Source of the DNA: Pristiophorus japonicus
Taxonomy: Eukaryota
Length of the DNA stretch: 64,000 nucleotides
Assembly: GCF_044704955.1 (NCBI RefSeq)
Contig: NC_091992.1
Span: 73,966,001-74,030,000 of the forward strand
Reading direction: 5' to 3'
A model generated the notes under the pieces. The model did not search any database, had not been told where the DNA came from, and was given only the letters and a program-made list of their open reading frames with translations. Below, in pieces: positions 11,101-22,494 of the stretch (within the stretch, counting starts at the first letter, position 1; each line of letters starts with the position of its first letter). The translations under genes and the position numbers were made by a program.

Positions 11101-11510
11101 CCAGAAGAGCCGAGGGCCCAGGAGCAGCACGGGCCAGCACACACTGCGATATGTGTGTGCACTAGGTCTGTGCAGCAGAGCAGGTCTCCAGTCGTCCTGG
11201 TTAACACTTGCCACTGGACCAAGACCTCGCTCTGTCAAGCCCGTGTGGTGGCTGGTGTGCAACGGTCACCACACGTTAAAAAAATCCACGTACAGGCATC
11301 TTCCACCTCCTCAAGATTGGAACATCGGGTCCTTCATTGAAACATCTGTGAACTCATCTGGAAGCAAGTCATCCTCGTTCGAGGGACGGCCTATGATGAT
11401 GATGAATTAACTGAATTTAAATTCCCCAGCTGCCATGGTGGGATTTGAACTCCTGTCTCTGGATCATTAGTGCAGGCCTCTGGGTTACTAGTCCACACAT
11501 CACCACTATG
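8155..11510 (-). mobile_element. Decayed CR1/L2-group LINE (endonuclease + RT) with tRNA-like 5' head; interrupted by a CR1 3' fragment (9390-9960) and an RTE-tailed element (11088-11404)
   Basis: TTYRPPSADES, WVGDFNIHH, LLDLVLTN, GSSDH (endonuclease); KAMGPANIP, WKIAQVCPVHKK, NYQPISLLS (RT); 3' tail at ~8155-8215; another 3' fragment at ~63405-63765. Confidence 0.85.
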
Positions 11511-11925
11511 CTGATGTTCCATACCCTGCTCCTTCCCCGTAGCCCTGTAAATTTCTCCTTTTGCAGTTAGGGTACTAGAGGGCTGGGCTGTGATTGGAGA
11601 GTGACTGAAAATGTTGAAGCTAACTGTGTATTGAAGCGTTCCTGTTACTGGTCTGATCAACAGTTCCCCAGTATTGCCGGCTCTGGTGTGCCAGTCAGAG
11701 AGACGAGCAATTTCACAGACCAGCACGTGGGAGAGGCAGAGAAAATGAACAGAGTCAAAGCTGCAAACACTGACGCCTGGAAAGGCAGCTGTGCGTCATA
11801 CTGTGTTAGCACCGCAGCGCTTGTGTGTGGATGGGCCACTGTGGGGGATCCTCAGCACGACGACCCGCTGCTCTGATTTCCCCGGGCTCAGTTTCTCCGA
11901 CACTCTCTTTTCCCAGATTGCGAAG

Positions 11926-12047
11926 ATGTCGACTCGTAGAGCTGCCATGAAAGCCGTCGACTGGTTGACGTTTGGTGAGCGGGTCCCACCCAACCAGAGG
12001 CCCATGTTCAACGCTCTGAAAACCAGAAGCGACGCTCTGTCCAGCAG
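11926..12047 (+). CDS. ATP5PD: ATP synthase peripheral stalk subunit d, exon 2 (first coding exon; exon starts at 11917)
   Basis: Acceptor CTCTCTTTTCCCAG|; AAGATGT start; MSTRRAAMKAVDWLTFGERVPPNQRPMFNALKTRSDALSS(R); donor CAG|GTCAGT; 122 nt. Joined CDS 122+97+72+63+132=486 nt = 161 aa plus stop. Confidence 0.96.
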
Positions 12048-12249
12048 GTCAGTGTCCCGCATCTCGGTGACTAACAAGCTCGCTCCTGGTACAGGAATGT
12101 GGTCTCGTGTAAATCCACAGCAGACCAATCCCCTCACTCCCACAGCTGTCAACACGATTTCTCTTGTCTTTTTTTCCCCCAAAATATTTTTTGTGCTCAT
12201 TGGCCTGAGGGACGTCAATGTTGAGGATTGAATATTTTCCATTTCAGGC

Positions 12250-12615
12250 ACCCAGGGCAGGTACAGCACGGGTTAGATACAGAGTAAAGCTCCCTCTACA
12301 CGGTCCCATCAAACACCCCCAGGGCAGGTACAGCACGGGTTAGATACAGAGTAAAGCTCCCTCTGCACTGTCCCATCAAACACTCCCAGGGCAAGTACAG
12401 CTCAGGTTAGATGCAGAGTAAAGCTCCCTCTACACTGTCCCATCACACATTCCCAGGGCAGGTACAGCACGGGTTAGATACAGAGTAAAGCTCCCTCTAC
12501 ACTGTCCCATCGAACACTCCCGGGGCAGGTACAGCATGGGTTAGATACAGAGTAAGGCTCCCTCTACACTGTCCCATCAAACACTCCCAGGGCAGGTATA
12601 GCAGTGTTTGATACA
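12250..12615. repeat. 67-bp tandem repeat array, about 5 units
   Basis: Same unit as 366-648. Confidence 0.92.
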
Positions 12616-12910
12616 ATGCAGAGAGATCTGTTTTTCGAACCTGTGCTGTATCTGAGCTAAATGCTAACACTGTGCCTAAAATGGAGAGTGTACTGAAAAT
12701 ACTGGAAAGACGCATTAGGTCAGGCAGCATCTGTGTGGAGAGAAACAGAGTTAACATTTCAGGTTGATGATCCCTACCCTTGAGCAAAAAATTCATGCAA
12801 AATACAATAAATTGCCTCCTGGTGGGCATGCCCCTGTAAAGTTGCGATACGAGAGATATGTGTGTGGGGTCTCTGCTCGCAGTCTACTGACTGCTGCTGT
12901 TTCCCCACAG

Positions 12911-13007
12911 GTTGACAACGCTCGCTGAGAAACCTCCGACCATTGACTGGAACCATTACCGCAAAGTGATTGCCAAGGCTGGTATGGTGGACGAATTTGA
13001 AAAGAAG
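12911..13007 (+). CDS. ATP5PD: ATP5PD exon 3
   Basis: TTTCCCCACAG|G; (R)LTTLAEKPPTIDWNHYRKVIAKAGMVDEFEKK; donor AAG|GTGAAG; 97 nt. Confidence 0.96.
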
Positions 13008-13139
13008 GTGAAGGAACAGTGTTGTGTTTGGGGGGGTAGGGGAAGCCCACAGAATTGCTCCCTGTGTGTCCTGTATAAACCGCAACATCTCGAGAGTGCT
13101 TTTAAAAGGGAATTCGTTGCTTGCAAAAGAGGAATATTA

Positions 13140-13360
13140 CATGGTATGGGGAGCGAGCAGGAGAGTGGGATTCGACTGGGTGGGATATTATGGAGGTGAG
13201 GAGATTGGGATTAGACTGGGTGGGATATTATGGGGAGCGAGCAGGAGAGTGGGATTAGACTGGGTGGGATATTAAGGGGAATGGAGAGCGAGCAGGAGAG
13301 TGGGATTAGACTGAGTGGGATATTATGGGAAGTGAGGAGATTGGGATTAGACGGGGTGGC
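13140..13360. repeat. Imperfect ~40-50 bp tandem repeat derived from a CR1-like 3' end (GAGCAGGAGAGTGGGATTAGACTGGGTGGGATATTATGG)
   Basis: About 5 copies, preceded by TTTAAAAGGGAATT and followed by a CR1-type 3' UTR remnant. Confidence 0.7.
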
Positions 13361-14009
13361 TCGTGGAGAAAACTAGCAGCCCAATGGCCTGTTTCTGTGC
13401 TGGGACATTGTATGCTCCAGTACTTGTTGTGGTGAGTCCTGTATTTCCATTTCTGTGGGAAGGAAAAGAATCCTAATTGCAACTGCATGGGGGGGGTGAT
13501 GAATTGCCCCTTCAGATGGATTCTTCCATCTCCCAGCGATTACAAAGCTGCAGCAAGCGATTTGTGCCTTTGGTGGAGGAGTCCATTTGCACCGAGGTTC
13601 AGTTCTGTGGCTGCCAGACACTTGCGCCTGAGCCTACACCCCGTTGGCTGGCTATTTGACCACAGTGAGCGTCACGGCCCAGGCCAATCCGATTCTGTGC
13701 TGACGGCCCCAAGTGCTTGTTTGCCAGCAGGAGTCACTGGGTGGTGATTGGGGAGGGGAGCCCGCGCTGGGTTTTCTCCTGCCTAGCCTGCGGAGCCAAG
13801 AATGATCTCAGCACATCAACTGGTGAGACCAGCTAACTCTGCACAGGCTGGCAATTGAAACTGGGGCCTTGGGGCATGAATAACTCGGTGCGTTTACCCA
13901 CTGCGCCACCAGAGAGCTTTGATTCACTGGGACCTTCCGTGTCCCCGAAGCATTTGCTGCAGAGAGCCAACTGTAGCCCAATAACATCTTCCGTAGATAC
14001 AACAATGAC

Positions 14010-14695
14010 ACAAGAACATAAGAATTAGGAGCAGGAGTCGGCCATTCGGCTCCTCGAGCCTGCTCCGCCATTCAATGAGATCATGGCTGATCTTCTACCT
14101 CAGCTCCACTTTCCTGCATTGTCCCCATATCCCTTGATTCCCATTATATCCAAAAATCTATCAATCCCTGTCTTCAATATACACAATGACTCAGCCTCCA
14201 CAGCCCTCTGTGGCAGAGAATTCCAAAGATTCTGAGTGAAGAAGTTCTCCTCATCTCAGTCCTAAATGGCCAACCCCTTATTCTGAGACTGTGACCCCTG
14301 GTTCTAGACTCCCCAGCCCGGGGGAAACATCCACCCTGCATCTACCCTGTCAGGCCCTGTAAGAATTTTGTATGTTTCAATGAGATCCCCTCTCATTCTT
14401 CTAAACTGTAGAGAATGTAGGCCTCGTCTACTCAATCTCTCCTCATAGGACAATCCCCCCATCCCAGGAATCAGTCTGGTGAACCTTTGTTACACTCCCT
14501 CAATGGCAAGTATATCCTTCCTTGGGTAAGGAGACCAAAACTGTGCACAGTACTCCAGGTGCGGTCTCACCAGGGCCCTGTATCATTGCAATAAGACGTC
14601 TTTATTCTTATACTCAAATCCTCTTGTAATAAAGGCCAACACTCCGTTTGCTTTCTTAATTGCTTGCTGTACCTGAATGTTAACTTTCAGTGACA
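14010..14695 (-). mobile_element. CR1 LINE 3' fragment
   Basis: AAGAACATAAGAA tail; ORF 14583-14777 QVQQAIKKANGVLAFITRGFEYK. Confidence 0.88.
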
Positions 14696-15495
14696 GGCAG
14701 GAAAAGACCAGCTGGTCAATCAAGACTGCCAAAACTTGTACCGAAAGCATCTTGACTAGACGTTTCATTGCACCCACCCACCCACCCCCAACCCAGCGGC
14801 CTGTAATCTCCTGGCAGAGGCAAAAAGCCTGAAAAAGGAACCCAGGGCCAAAATGGAGTGAAAAATACCCGGAAAAGTCCTCTCCGACCCCCTCGGGCGA
14901 TCAGAACCAGTCCAGGAGATCACACTGACCATGTGTACGTTAACTGTTAATCCACTCACCTTCTATACGATGCGATCGCTGCCCAGGCAAGAATTGGTCC
15001 AGCTCTCTCCAAGGCTTTGGGAGAGACAGCACCCACCACACCAGCCGCAGCACTTTCCAACCGCTCTATCCCAGATGCATTTGTGGGGAAGATGGATAAA
15101 CACACGAGAGAATAAAAGGATATGTTGATGGGGTTAGAAGAAGAGGGGTGTTGAGGCTCGTGTGGAGCATAAATGGAGGCATGGACCAGCTGGGCCAAGT
15201 GGCCTTGTTTCTGAGCTCCAGCGTCTGTGGAATTCTATGCAATCTTCTTACCTTTGTGTAGTTTAAATGCAGGTCCACTGAATCTCACTGCATTGAGAAT
15301 TTCAGTACAGCCGGGAAGTGGGGCAGGAAGGTGGGATACAGGATCTTCCCCCAGCACATTCGGGATATCTAATTCAGTAATTAATTACGTCTGTTTGATA
15401 GTGGGGGGGGCGGGCGTTGTGGGCGTGTCTGTGACCCTGATATTTTCACTTTACATTTTCTCTCTCCTCCCTCTTTCTCACCCCACCCCCAACAG

Positions 15496-15567
15496 TACGG
15501 TGCTCTGAAGGTTCCAGAACCCATTGACACACAGGTGGCGAAGATTAATGCCCAGGAGCAAGAGGCT
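15496..15567 (+). CDS. ATP5PD: ATP5PD exon 4
   Basis: Long pyrimidine tract, AACAG|; YGALKVPEPIDTQVAKINAQEQEA; donor GCT|GTGAGT; 72 nt. Confidence 0.95.
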
Positions 15568-15670
15568 GTGAGTAATGAGCCATTTTTATTATATTCGAGT
15601 CATACAGTCAGACGGACTCTCGCAACACGCTGGGTCTACATTCAATTAACGGTTTCTGTTTATTCAACAG

Positions 15671-15733
15671 GACAAGAGTGCTCAGTCCTACAGCCTGGCT
15701 TCTAAGGAGCGGATTTCCAAATATGAGAAGGAG
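15671..15733 (+). CDS. ATP5PD: ATP5PD exon 5
   Basis: TTTATTCAACAG|; DKSAQSYSLASKERISKYEKE; donor GAG|GTAATG; 63 nt after a 103-nt intron. Confidence 0.93.
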
Positions 15734-15823
15734 GTAATGCAACTGTGTACACCAGCTCCCATGGCCAAAAAACTAGCTGCATTTCCCCCGCCCCCCCCTG
15801 AGGGGCTGTGTCCCTGGGCAGAT

Positions 15824-16095
15824 TCCACAGGTGCTGTCCCTCCCCGGGGTACAGACTCCATGGATGCTGTCCCTCCCCGGGGTACAGACTCCATGGATGC
15901 TGTCCCTCCCCGGGGACAGACTCCATGGATACTCTCCCTCCCCGGGGTACAGGCTCCATGGATGCTGTCCCTCCCCGGGGTACAGACTCCATGGATGCTC
16001 TCCCTCCCCGGGGTACAGGCTCCATGGATGCTGTCCCTCCCCGGGGTACAGACTCCATGGGTGCTGTCCCTCTCTGGGGTCCAGGTTCCATGGGC
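15824..16095. repeat. 33-bp minisatellite (TCCATGGATGCTGTCCCTCCCCGGGGTACAGAC)n, about 8 units
   Basis: 11-aa periodicity in the overlapping ORFs on both strands. Confidence 0.93.
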
Positions 16096-16792
16096 ACTGA
16101 CTCTCAATCGGGTACAGAGCCATGGGTGCTGGGGCAGGGGGCTCTCTCGCTGGGGCACGGGTTCTGACACATTACGGCCAGTGCTGCGTGATTGCCAGCA
16201 GGTGTCTTACTGCTGCATCTGATCATGACCTCGCCCAACAGCTACAATCAGAGATTTACAGCACTGAAGGAGGCCATTTCAGCCCATTGTATCCACACTG
16301 GCTGACGAAGAGTTATCCAGCCTAATCTCACTTTCCAGCTCTAGGTCCGTAGCCCTGTAGGTTACGGCACTTAAGGTGCACATCCAAGTACTTTATAAAT
16401 GTGGTAAGGGTTTCTGCCTCTACCACCCTTTCAGGCCGTGAGTTCCAGACCCCCACGAGCCTCTGCATGAAGAAATTTCCCCTCAAATCCCCTTTAAACC
16501 TTCTACCAATTACTTTAAATTTATGCCCCCTGGTTGTTGACCCCGCTGCTAAGGGAAATAGGCCCTTTATATCCACTCTATCTAGGCCCCTCATAATTTT
16601 ATACATCTCAATGAGGTCTCTCCCCTGTTCCAATGAAAACAAATCCAGTCTACCTAATCTGTCCTCGTATCTTAGATTCTCCACTCTGGGCAACATCCTC
16701 GTAAATCTCCTCTGTACCCTCTCTAGTGCAATCACAACCTTCCTGTAATGTGGTGACCAGAACTACACGCAATACTCCAGCTGTGGCCTAAC

Positions 16793-19742
16793 TACATAGA
16801 AATGTAGGCCATTCAGCCCTTCTAGCCTGCACCGCCATTCAATGAGTTCATGGCTGAACATGCAACTTCAGTACCCCATTCCTGCTTTCTCGCCATACCC
16901 CTTGATCCCCCTAGTAGTAAGGACTTCATCTAACTCCTTTTTGAATATATTTAGTGAATTGGCCTCAACAACTTTCTGTGGTAGAGAATTCCACAGGTTC
17001 ACCACTCTCTGGGTGAAGAAGTTCCTCCTCATCTCGGTCCTAAATGGCTTACCCCTTATCCTTAGACTGTGTCCCCTGGTTCTGGACTTCCCCAACATTG
17101 GGAACATTCTTCCTGCATCTAACCTGTCTAACCCCGTCAGAATTTTAAACGTTTCTATGAGGTCCCCTCATTCTTCTGAACTCCAGTGAATACAAGCCCA
17201 GTTGATCCAGTCTTTCTTGATAGGTCAGTCCCGCCATCCCGGGAATCAGTCTGGTGAACCTTCGCTGCACTCCCTCAATAGCAAGAATGTCCTTCCTCAG
17301 GTTAGGAGACCAAAACTGTACACAATACTCCAGGTGTGGCCTCACCAATGCCCTGTACAACTGTAGCAACACCTCCCTGCCCCTGTACTCAAATCCCCTC
17401 GCTATGAAGGCCAACATGCCATTTGCTTTCTTAACCGCCTGCTGTACCTGCATGCCAACCTTCAATGACTGATGTACCATGACACCCAGGTCTCTTTGCA
17501 CCTCCCCTTTTCCTAATCTGTCACCATTCAGATAATAATCTGTCTCTCTGTTTTTACCACCAAAGTGGATAACCTGATATTTATCCACATTATACTTCAT
17601 CTGCCATGCATTTGCCCACTCACCTAACCTATCCCAAGTCACTCTGCAGCCTCATAGCATCCTCCTCGCAGCTCACACTGCCACCCAACTTAGTGTCATC
17701 CGCAAATTTGGAGATACTACATTTAATCCTCTCGTCTAAATCATTAATGTACAGTGTAAACAGCTGGGGCCCCAGCACAGAACCTTGCGGTACCCCACTA
17801 GTCACTGCCTGCCATTCTGAAAAGTACCCATTTACTCCTACTCTTTGCTTCCTGACTGCCAACCAGTTCTCAATCCATGTCAGCACACTACCCCCAATCC
17901 CATATGCTTTAACTTTGCACATTAATCTCTTGTGTGGGACCTTATCGAATGCCTTCTGAAAGTCCAAATATACCACATCAACTGGTTCTCCCTTGTCCAC
18001 TCTACTGGAAACATCCTCAAAAAATTCCAGAAGATTTGTCAAGCATGATTTCTCTTTCACAAATCCATGCTGACTTGGACCTCTCATGTCACCTCTTTCC
18101 AAATGCGCTGCTATGACATCCTTAATAATTGATTCCATCATTTTACCCACTACTGATGTCAGGCTGACCGGTCTATAATTCCCTGTTATCTCTCTCCCTC
18201 CTTTTTTAAAAAGTGGGGTTACATTGGCTACCCTCCACTCCATAGGAACTGATCCAGAGCCAATGGAATGTTGGAAAATGACTGTCAATGCATCCATTAT
18301 TTCCAAGGCCACCTCCTTAAGTACTCTGGGATGCAGTCCATCAGGCCCTGGGGATTTATCGGCCTTCAATCCCATCAATTTCCCCAACACAATTTCCCGA
18401 CTAATAAGGATTTCCCTCAGTTCCTCCTCCTTACTAGACCCTCCGACCCCTTTTATATCCGGAAGGTTGTTTGTGTCCTCCTTAGTGAATACCGAACCAA
18501 AGTACTTGTTTAATTGGTCCGCCATTTCTTTGTTCCCCGTTATGACTTCCCCTGATTCTGACTGCAGGGGACCTACGTTTGTCTTTACTAACCTTTTTCT
18601 CTTTACATATCTATAGAAGCTTTTGCAATCCGTCTTTATGTTCCCTGCAAGCTTCTTCTCGTACTCCATTTTCCCTGCCCTAATCAAATCCTTTGTCCTC
18701 CTCTGCTGAGTTCTAAATTTCTCCCAGTCCCTGGGTTCGCTGCTATTTCTGGCCAATTTGTATGCCACTTCCTTGGCTTTAATACTATCCCTGATTTCCC
18801 TTGATAGCCACGGTTGAGCCACCTTCCCTTTTTAATTTTTACGCCAGACAGGAATGTACAATTGTTGTAGTTCATCCATGCGGTCTCTAAATGTCTGCCA
18901 TTGCCTATCCACAGTCAACCCCTTAAGTATCATTCGCCAATCTATCCTAGCCAATTCACGCCTCATACCTTCAAAGTTAGCCGCCTTTAAGTTCTGGACC
19001 ATGGTCTCTGAATTAACTGTTTCATTCTCCATCCTAATGCAGAATTCCACCATATTATGGTCACTCTTCCCCAAGGGGCCTCGCACAACGAGATTGCTAA
19101 TTAATCCTCTCTCATTACACAACACCCAGTCTAAGATGGCCTCCCCCCTAGTTGGTTCCTCGACATATTGGTCTAAAAAACCATCCCTTATGCACTCCAG
19201 GAAATCCTCCTCCACCGTATTGCTTCCAGTTTGGTTAGCCCAATCTATGTACATATTAAAGTCACCCATTATAACTGCTGCACCTTTATTGCATGCACCC
19301 CTAATTTCCTGTTTGATGCCCTCCCCAACATCACTACTACTGTTTGGAGGTCTGTACACAACTCCCACTAATATTTTTTGCCCTTTAGTGTTCTGCAGCT
19401 CTACCCATATAGATTCCACATCATCCAAGCTAATGTCCAACCTAACTATTGCCTTAATCTCCTCCTTAACCAGCAATGCTACCTCACCTCCTTTTCCTTT
19501 TATTCTATCCTTCCTGAATGTTGAATACCCCTGGATGTTGAGTTCCCAGCCCTGATCATCCTGGAGCCACGTCTCCGTAATCCCAATCACATCATATTTT
19601 TAACATCTATTCATCCACCTTATTGCGGATACTCCTTGCATTAAGACATAAAGCTTTCAGGCTTGTTTTTTTAACACCCTTTGTCCTTTTAGAATTTTGC
19701 TGTACAATGGCCCTTTTTGTTCTTTGCCTTGGGTTTCTCTGC
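16793..19742 (-). mobile_element. Young CR1 LINE with near-complete ORF2 and a few frameshifts
   Basis: ORFs 18832-19590 (endonuclease), 17629-18822 ([10 protein letters not shown]), 17145-17642, 16868-17107; CATAGAAA tail. Confidence 0.95.
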
Positions 19743-20357
19743 CTAGTGTTTTATACAGTTCAAGCATAACCTCACTGCTGTTGTATTCTATTCCTCGGCT
19801 AATAAAGGTAAGTATTCCGTATGCCTTCTTAACCACCTTGTCTATCTGGCCTGCTACTTTCAGGGATCTATGGACATGCACTCCAAAGTCCCTTTGTTTC
19901 TCTACACATCTCAGTATCCTACCATTTAATGTGTATTCCCTTTCCTTGTTAGCCCTCCCAAAATGCATTACCTCACACCTCTCTGGATTAAATTCCATTT
20001 GCCATTGTTCTGCCCACCTGACCAGTTGAGTGATATCTTCCTGCAGTCTACAGCTTTCTTCTTATCAACCACACAGCCTATTTTAGTACCATCTGCAAAC
20101 TTCTTAATCATACCCACTATATTCAAATCTAAATCATTGATGTATATCACTAAAAGCAAGTGACCTAGTACTGAGCCCTGCGGAATCCCACCGGAAACAA
20201 CCTTCCAGTCACAAAACCACCCATCAACCATCACCCGTTGCTTCCTGCCTCTGAGCCAATTTTGGATCCAACTTCCACTTTGCCCTGGATCCCATGGGCT
20301 TTTACTTTCGTGACCAGTCTGCCATGTGGGACCTTATCAAAAGCTTTGCTAAAATCC

Positions 20358-20885
20358 ATCATCATCATAATCATAGGCAGTCCCTCGGAATCGAGGAAGA
20401 CTTGCTTCCACTCTAAACATGAGTCCTTAGGTGGCTGAACAGTCCAATACGAGAACCACAGTCCCTGTCACAGGTGGGACAGATAGTCGTTGAAGGAAAG
20501 GGTGGGTGGGACAGGTTTGCCGCTGCCTGCACTTGGTTTTTGCACGCTCTCGGTGATGAGACTTGAGGTGTTCAGCGCCCTCTCGGATGCACTTCCTCCA
20601 CTTAGGGCGGTATTTGGCCAGGGTCTCCCTGGTGTCAGTGGGGATGTTGCATTTTATCAGGGAGGCTTTGAGGGTGTACTTTTAATGTTTCCTCTGCCCA
20701 CCTTTGGCTCGTTTGCCGTGAAGGAGTTCCGCGTAGAGCGCTTGCTGTGGGAGTCTCGTGTCTGGCATGCGGACAATGTAGCCTGCGCAGCGGAGCTGAT
20801 CAAGTGTGGTCAGTGCTTCAATGCTGGGGATGTTGGCCTGGTCGAGGATGCTAATGTTGGTGCGTCTGTCCTCCCAGGGGATTTG
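20358..20885 (-). mobile_element. RTE-clade LINE 3' fragment; other copies 26708-27035 (-), 31925-32108 (+), 44732-45410 (-)
   Basis: WEDRRTN..LDQANIPSIE..RMPDTRLP..GKRAKGGQRK C-terminal motif; (CAT)n tail. Confidence 0.88.
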
Positions 20886-21650
20886 TATATCCATATACAG
20901 TGCATTATACCCTTTTCCCTCATCGACCCTCCTGGTTACCTCCTTGAAAAATTCAGTCGTTAGTCAGACACAACCTTCCCTTAACAAATCCATGCTGACT
21001 GTCCTTGATTAATCTGTGTCTTTCTAAGTGAAGATATCTCCTGTCCTTCAGGATTTTTTCCAATAACTTTCCCACCACTGAGGTTAGGCTGACTGGCGTG
21101 TAATTACTCAGTCTATCCCTTTCTCCCTTCTTAAACAAAGGTACCACATTAAGAGTCCTCTAGTCCTCTGGCACCACACCTGTAGCCTGTGTATCTCCCA
21201 GCAGGGGTCACTGAGCCACACAGCCTGAACCCCGGCTGTTTTTGCCTCCCCGACCTTGGCCTGTGTCGCTAAGGCAAAATTCGACTGTTTTGAGACCTGC
21301 CAACCCAGCCCTTCCTGTCCGAAGGTCACAAATACTTGTTGGCTTTACCACAGACCCCTGGGGGAACTTAACCAGGTTAGCTTGGACTAGTGTGTAACCA
21401 TCACAGCCAAAGCCTATCCTGATCCCGCCCTGTCGCTGCTCCCACACATCCCCCAGCCCCATCGCCATCCTCCTGCCCCATCCCGGCTCAGAGTCCTGGA
21501 CGAGTAAGCACAAGGGGGGTGTATTTGGCGGGGTGTATAAGGGAGTTTTACGGGCGGGGGATTTCCGGAGGGCAGACCAGTACCCTCTGGCTATCGGTGT
21601 ACTGTAACATGATACTTTCTCATTTGTTCTGCCCACTTGCTGTGTTCCAG

Positions 21651-21782
21651 CTGGCGAAATTCAGAAGCATGGTTCCCTTTGACCAGATGACCATCGAGGA
21701 TCTGAACGATGCTTTCCCTGAAACCAAACTGGACATGCAGAAGTATCCCTTCTGGCCCCACAAGCCCATCAATGAGCTGTAA
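21651..21782 (+). CDS. ATP5PD: ATP5PD exon 6 (terminal coding exon)
   Basis: TGTGTTCCAG|; LAKFRSMVPFDQMTIEDLNDAFPETKLDMQKYPFWPHKPINEL* matches the conserved subunit d C-terminus. Confidence 0.97.
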   Translation: MAKFRSMVPFDQMTIEDLNDAFPETKLDMQKYPFWPHKPINEL

Positions 21783-21835
21783 CTGCCCCCTACTCCAGCC
21801 TGCGCACTCTACAGATGTAACTTTATCTGTTGTAT

Positions 21836-21841
21836 AATAAA
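21836..21841 (+). terminator. ATP5PD polyadenylation signal (second AATAAA at 21934-21939)
   Basis: AATAAA 54 nt after the stop, followed by GT-rich GTGTTGAGTGAGTGTCTGTG. Confidence 0.75.
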
Positions 21842-22009
21842 GCTATGTTCAGTGTTGAGTGAGTGTCTGTGACCCTCCCTCCAATGGTGTATCAGCAGGA
21901 GCTGTACAACCAGCAACCTCTCCACCCAGTCTAAATAAAACAAAGTATTACACAAGGGCAAGTTGCCTCTTCCTTCACTTTGTTTTTCCTTCTCATCCTC
22001 TCTTGAATT

Positions 22010-22385
22010 CAAAATCTCAATTTCAAAATTTTCATCTTTATTTTCAAATCCTTTCATGGCTTCGCCCCTCCCTATCTCTCTAATCTCCTCCAGCCCCACA
22101 ACCCCCCGACATGTCTGCACTCCTCTAATTCTGCCCTTTGAGCATCCCTGATTGTAATCGCTCCACCATCGGTGGCCTAGGTCCCAAGCTCTGGAACTCC
22201 CTGCCTAAACCTCTCCGCCTCTCTACCTCACTTTCCTCCTTCAAGACGTTCCTTAAAACCTACCTCTTTGATCAAGCTTTTGGTCAACCTGTGCTAATTT
22301 CTCCTTTTTTAAAAATCTCATAATACTCCTGTGAAGCGACTTGGGACGTTTCACTACGTTAAAGGCGCTATATAAATACAAGTTG
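22010..22385 (+). mobile_element. L2-clade LINE 3' end; other pieces 33437-33990 (+), ~39040-40200 (-), ~48375-49375 (-)
   Basis: TTCAAAATT..CCCCTCCCTATCTC..CCCAAGCTCTGGAACTCCCTGCC..CTTAAAACCTACCTCTTTGA..AAGGCGCTATATAAATACAAGTTG. Confidence 0.8.
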
Positions 22386-22494
22386 ATGAATGCGCTGACC
22401 GACAGTGACGTACAGATCCGTGGGGGCTGCGAGTTGCAGTGCTTCATCCAGAGGCCATTCTGTGTGAGCCTGGAGCTATTCAGTGATTGGGGTC

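Larger units (their letters stand above)
16248..21185 (-). mobile_element. Older CR1 subfamily copy hosting a young CR1 (16793-19742) and an RTE fragment (20358-20885)
   Basis: ORFs 16328-16735, 19657-19998, 19968-20234 and 20953-21147 are collinear RT/C-terminal pieces; host breaks at CTGTGGCCTAAC| and resumes at |TAGTGTTTTATAC. Confidence 0.85.

Noticed and set aside
15688-16222. Overlapping Pro/Gly-rich ORFs on both strands
   Set aside because: Caused by the 33-bp minisatellite in ATP5PD intron 5.
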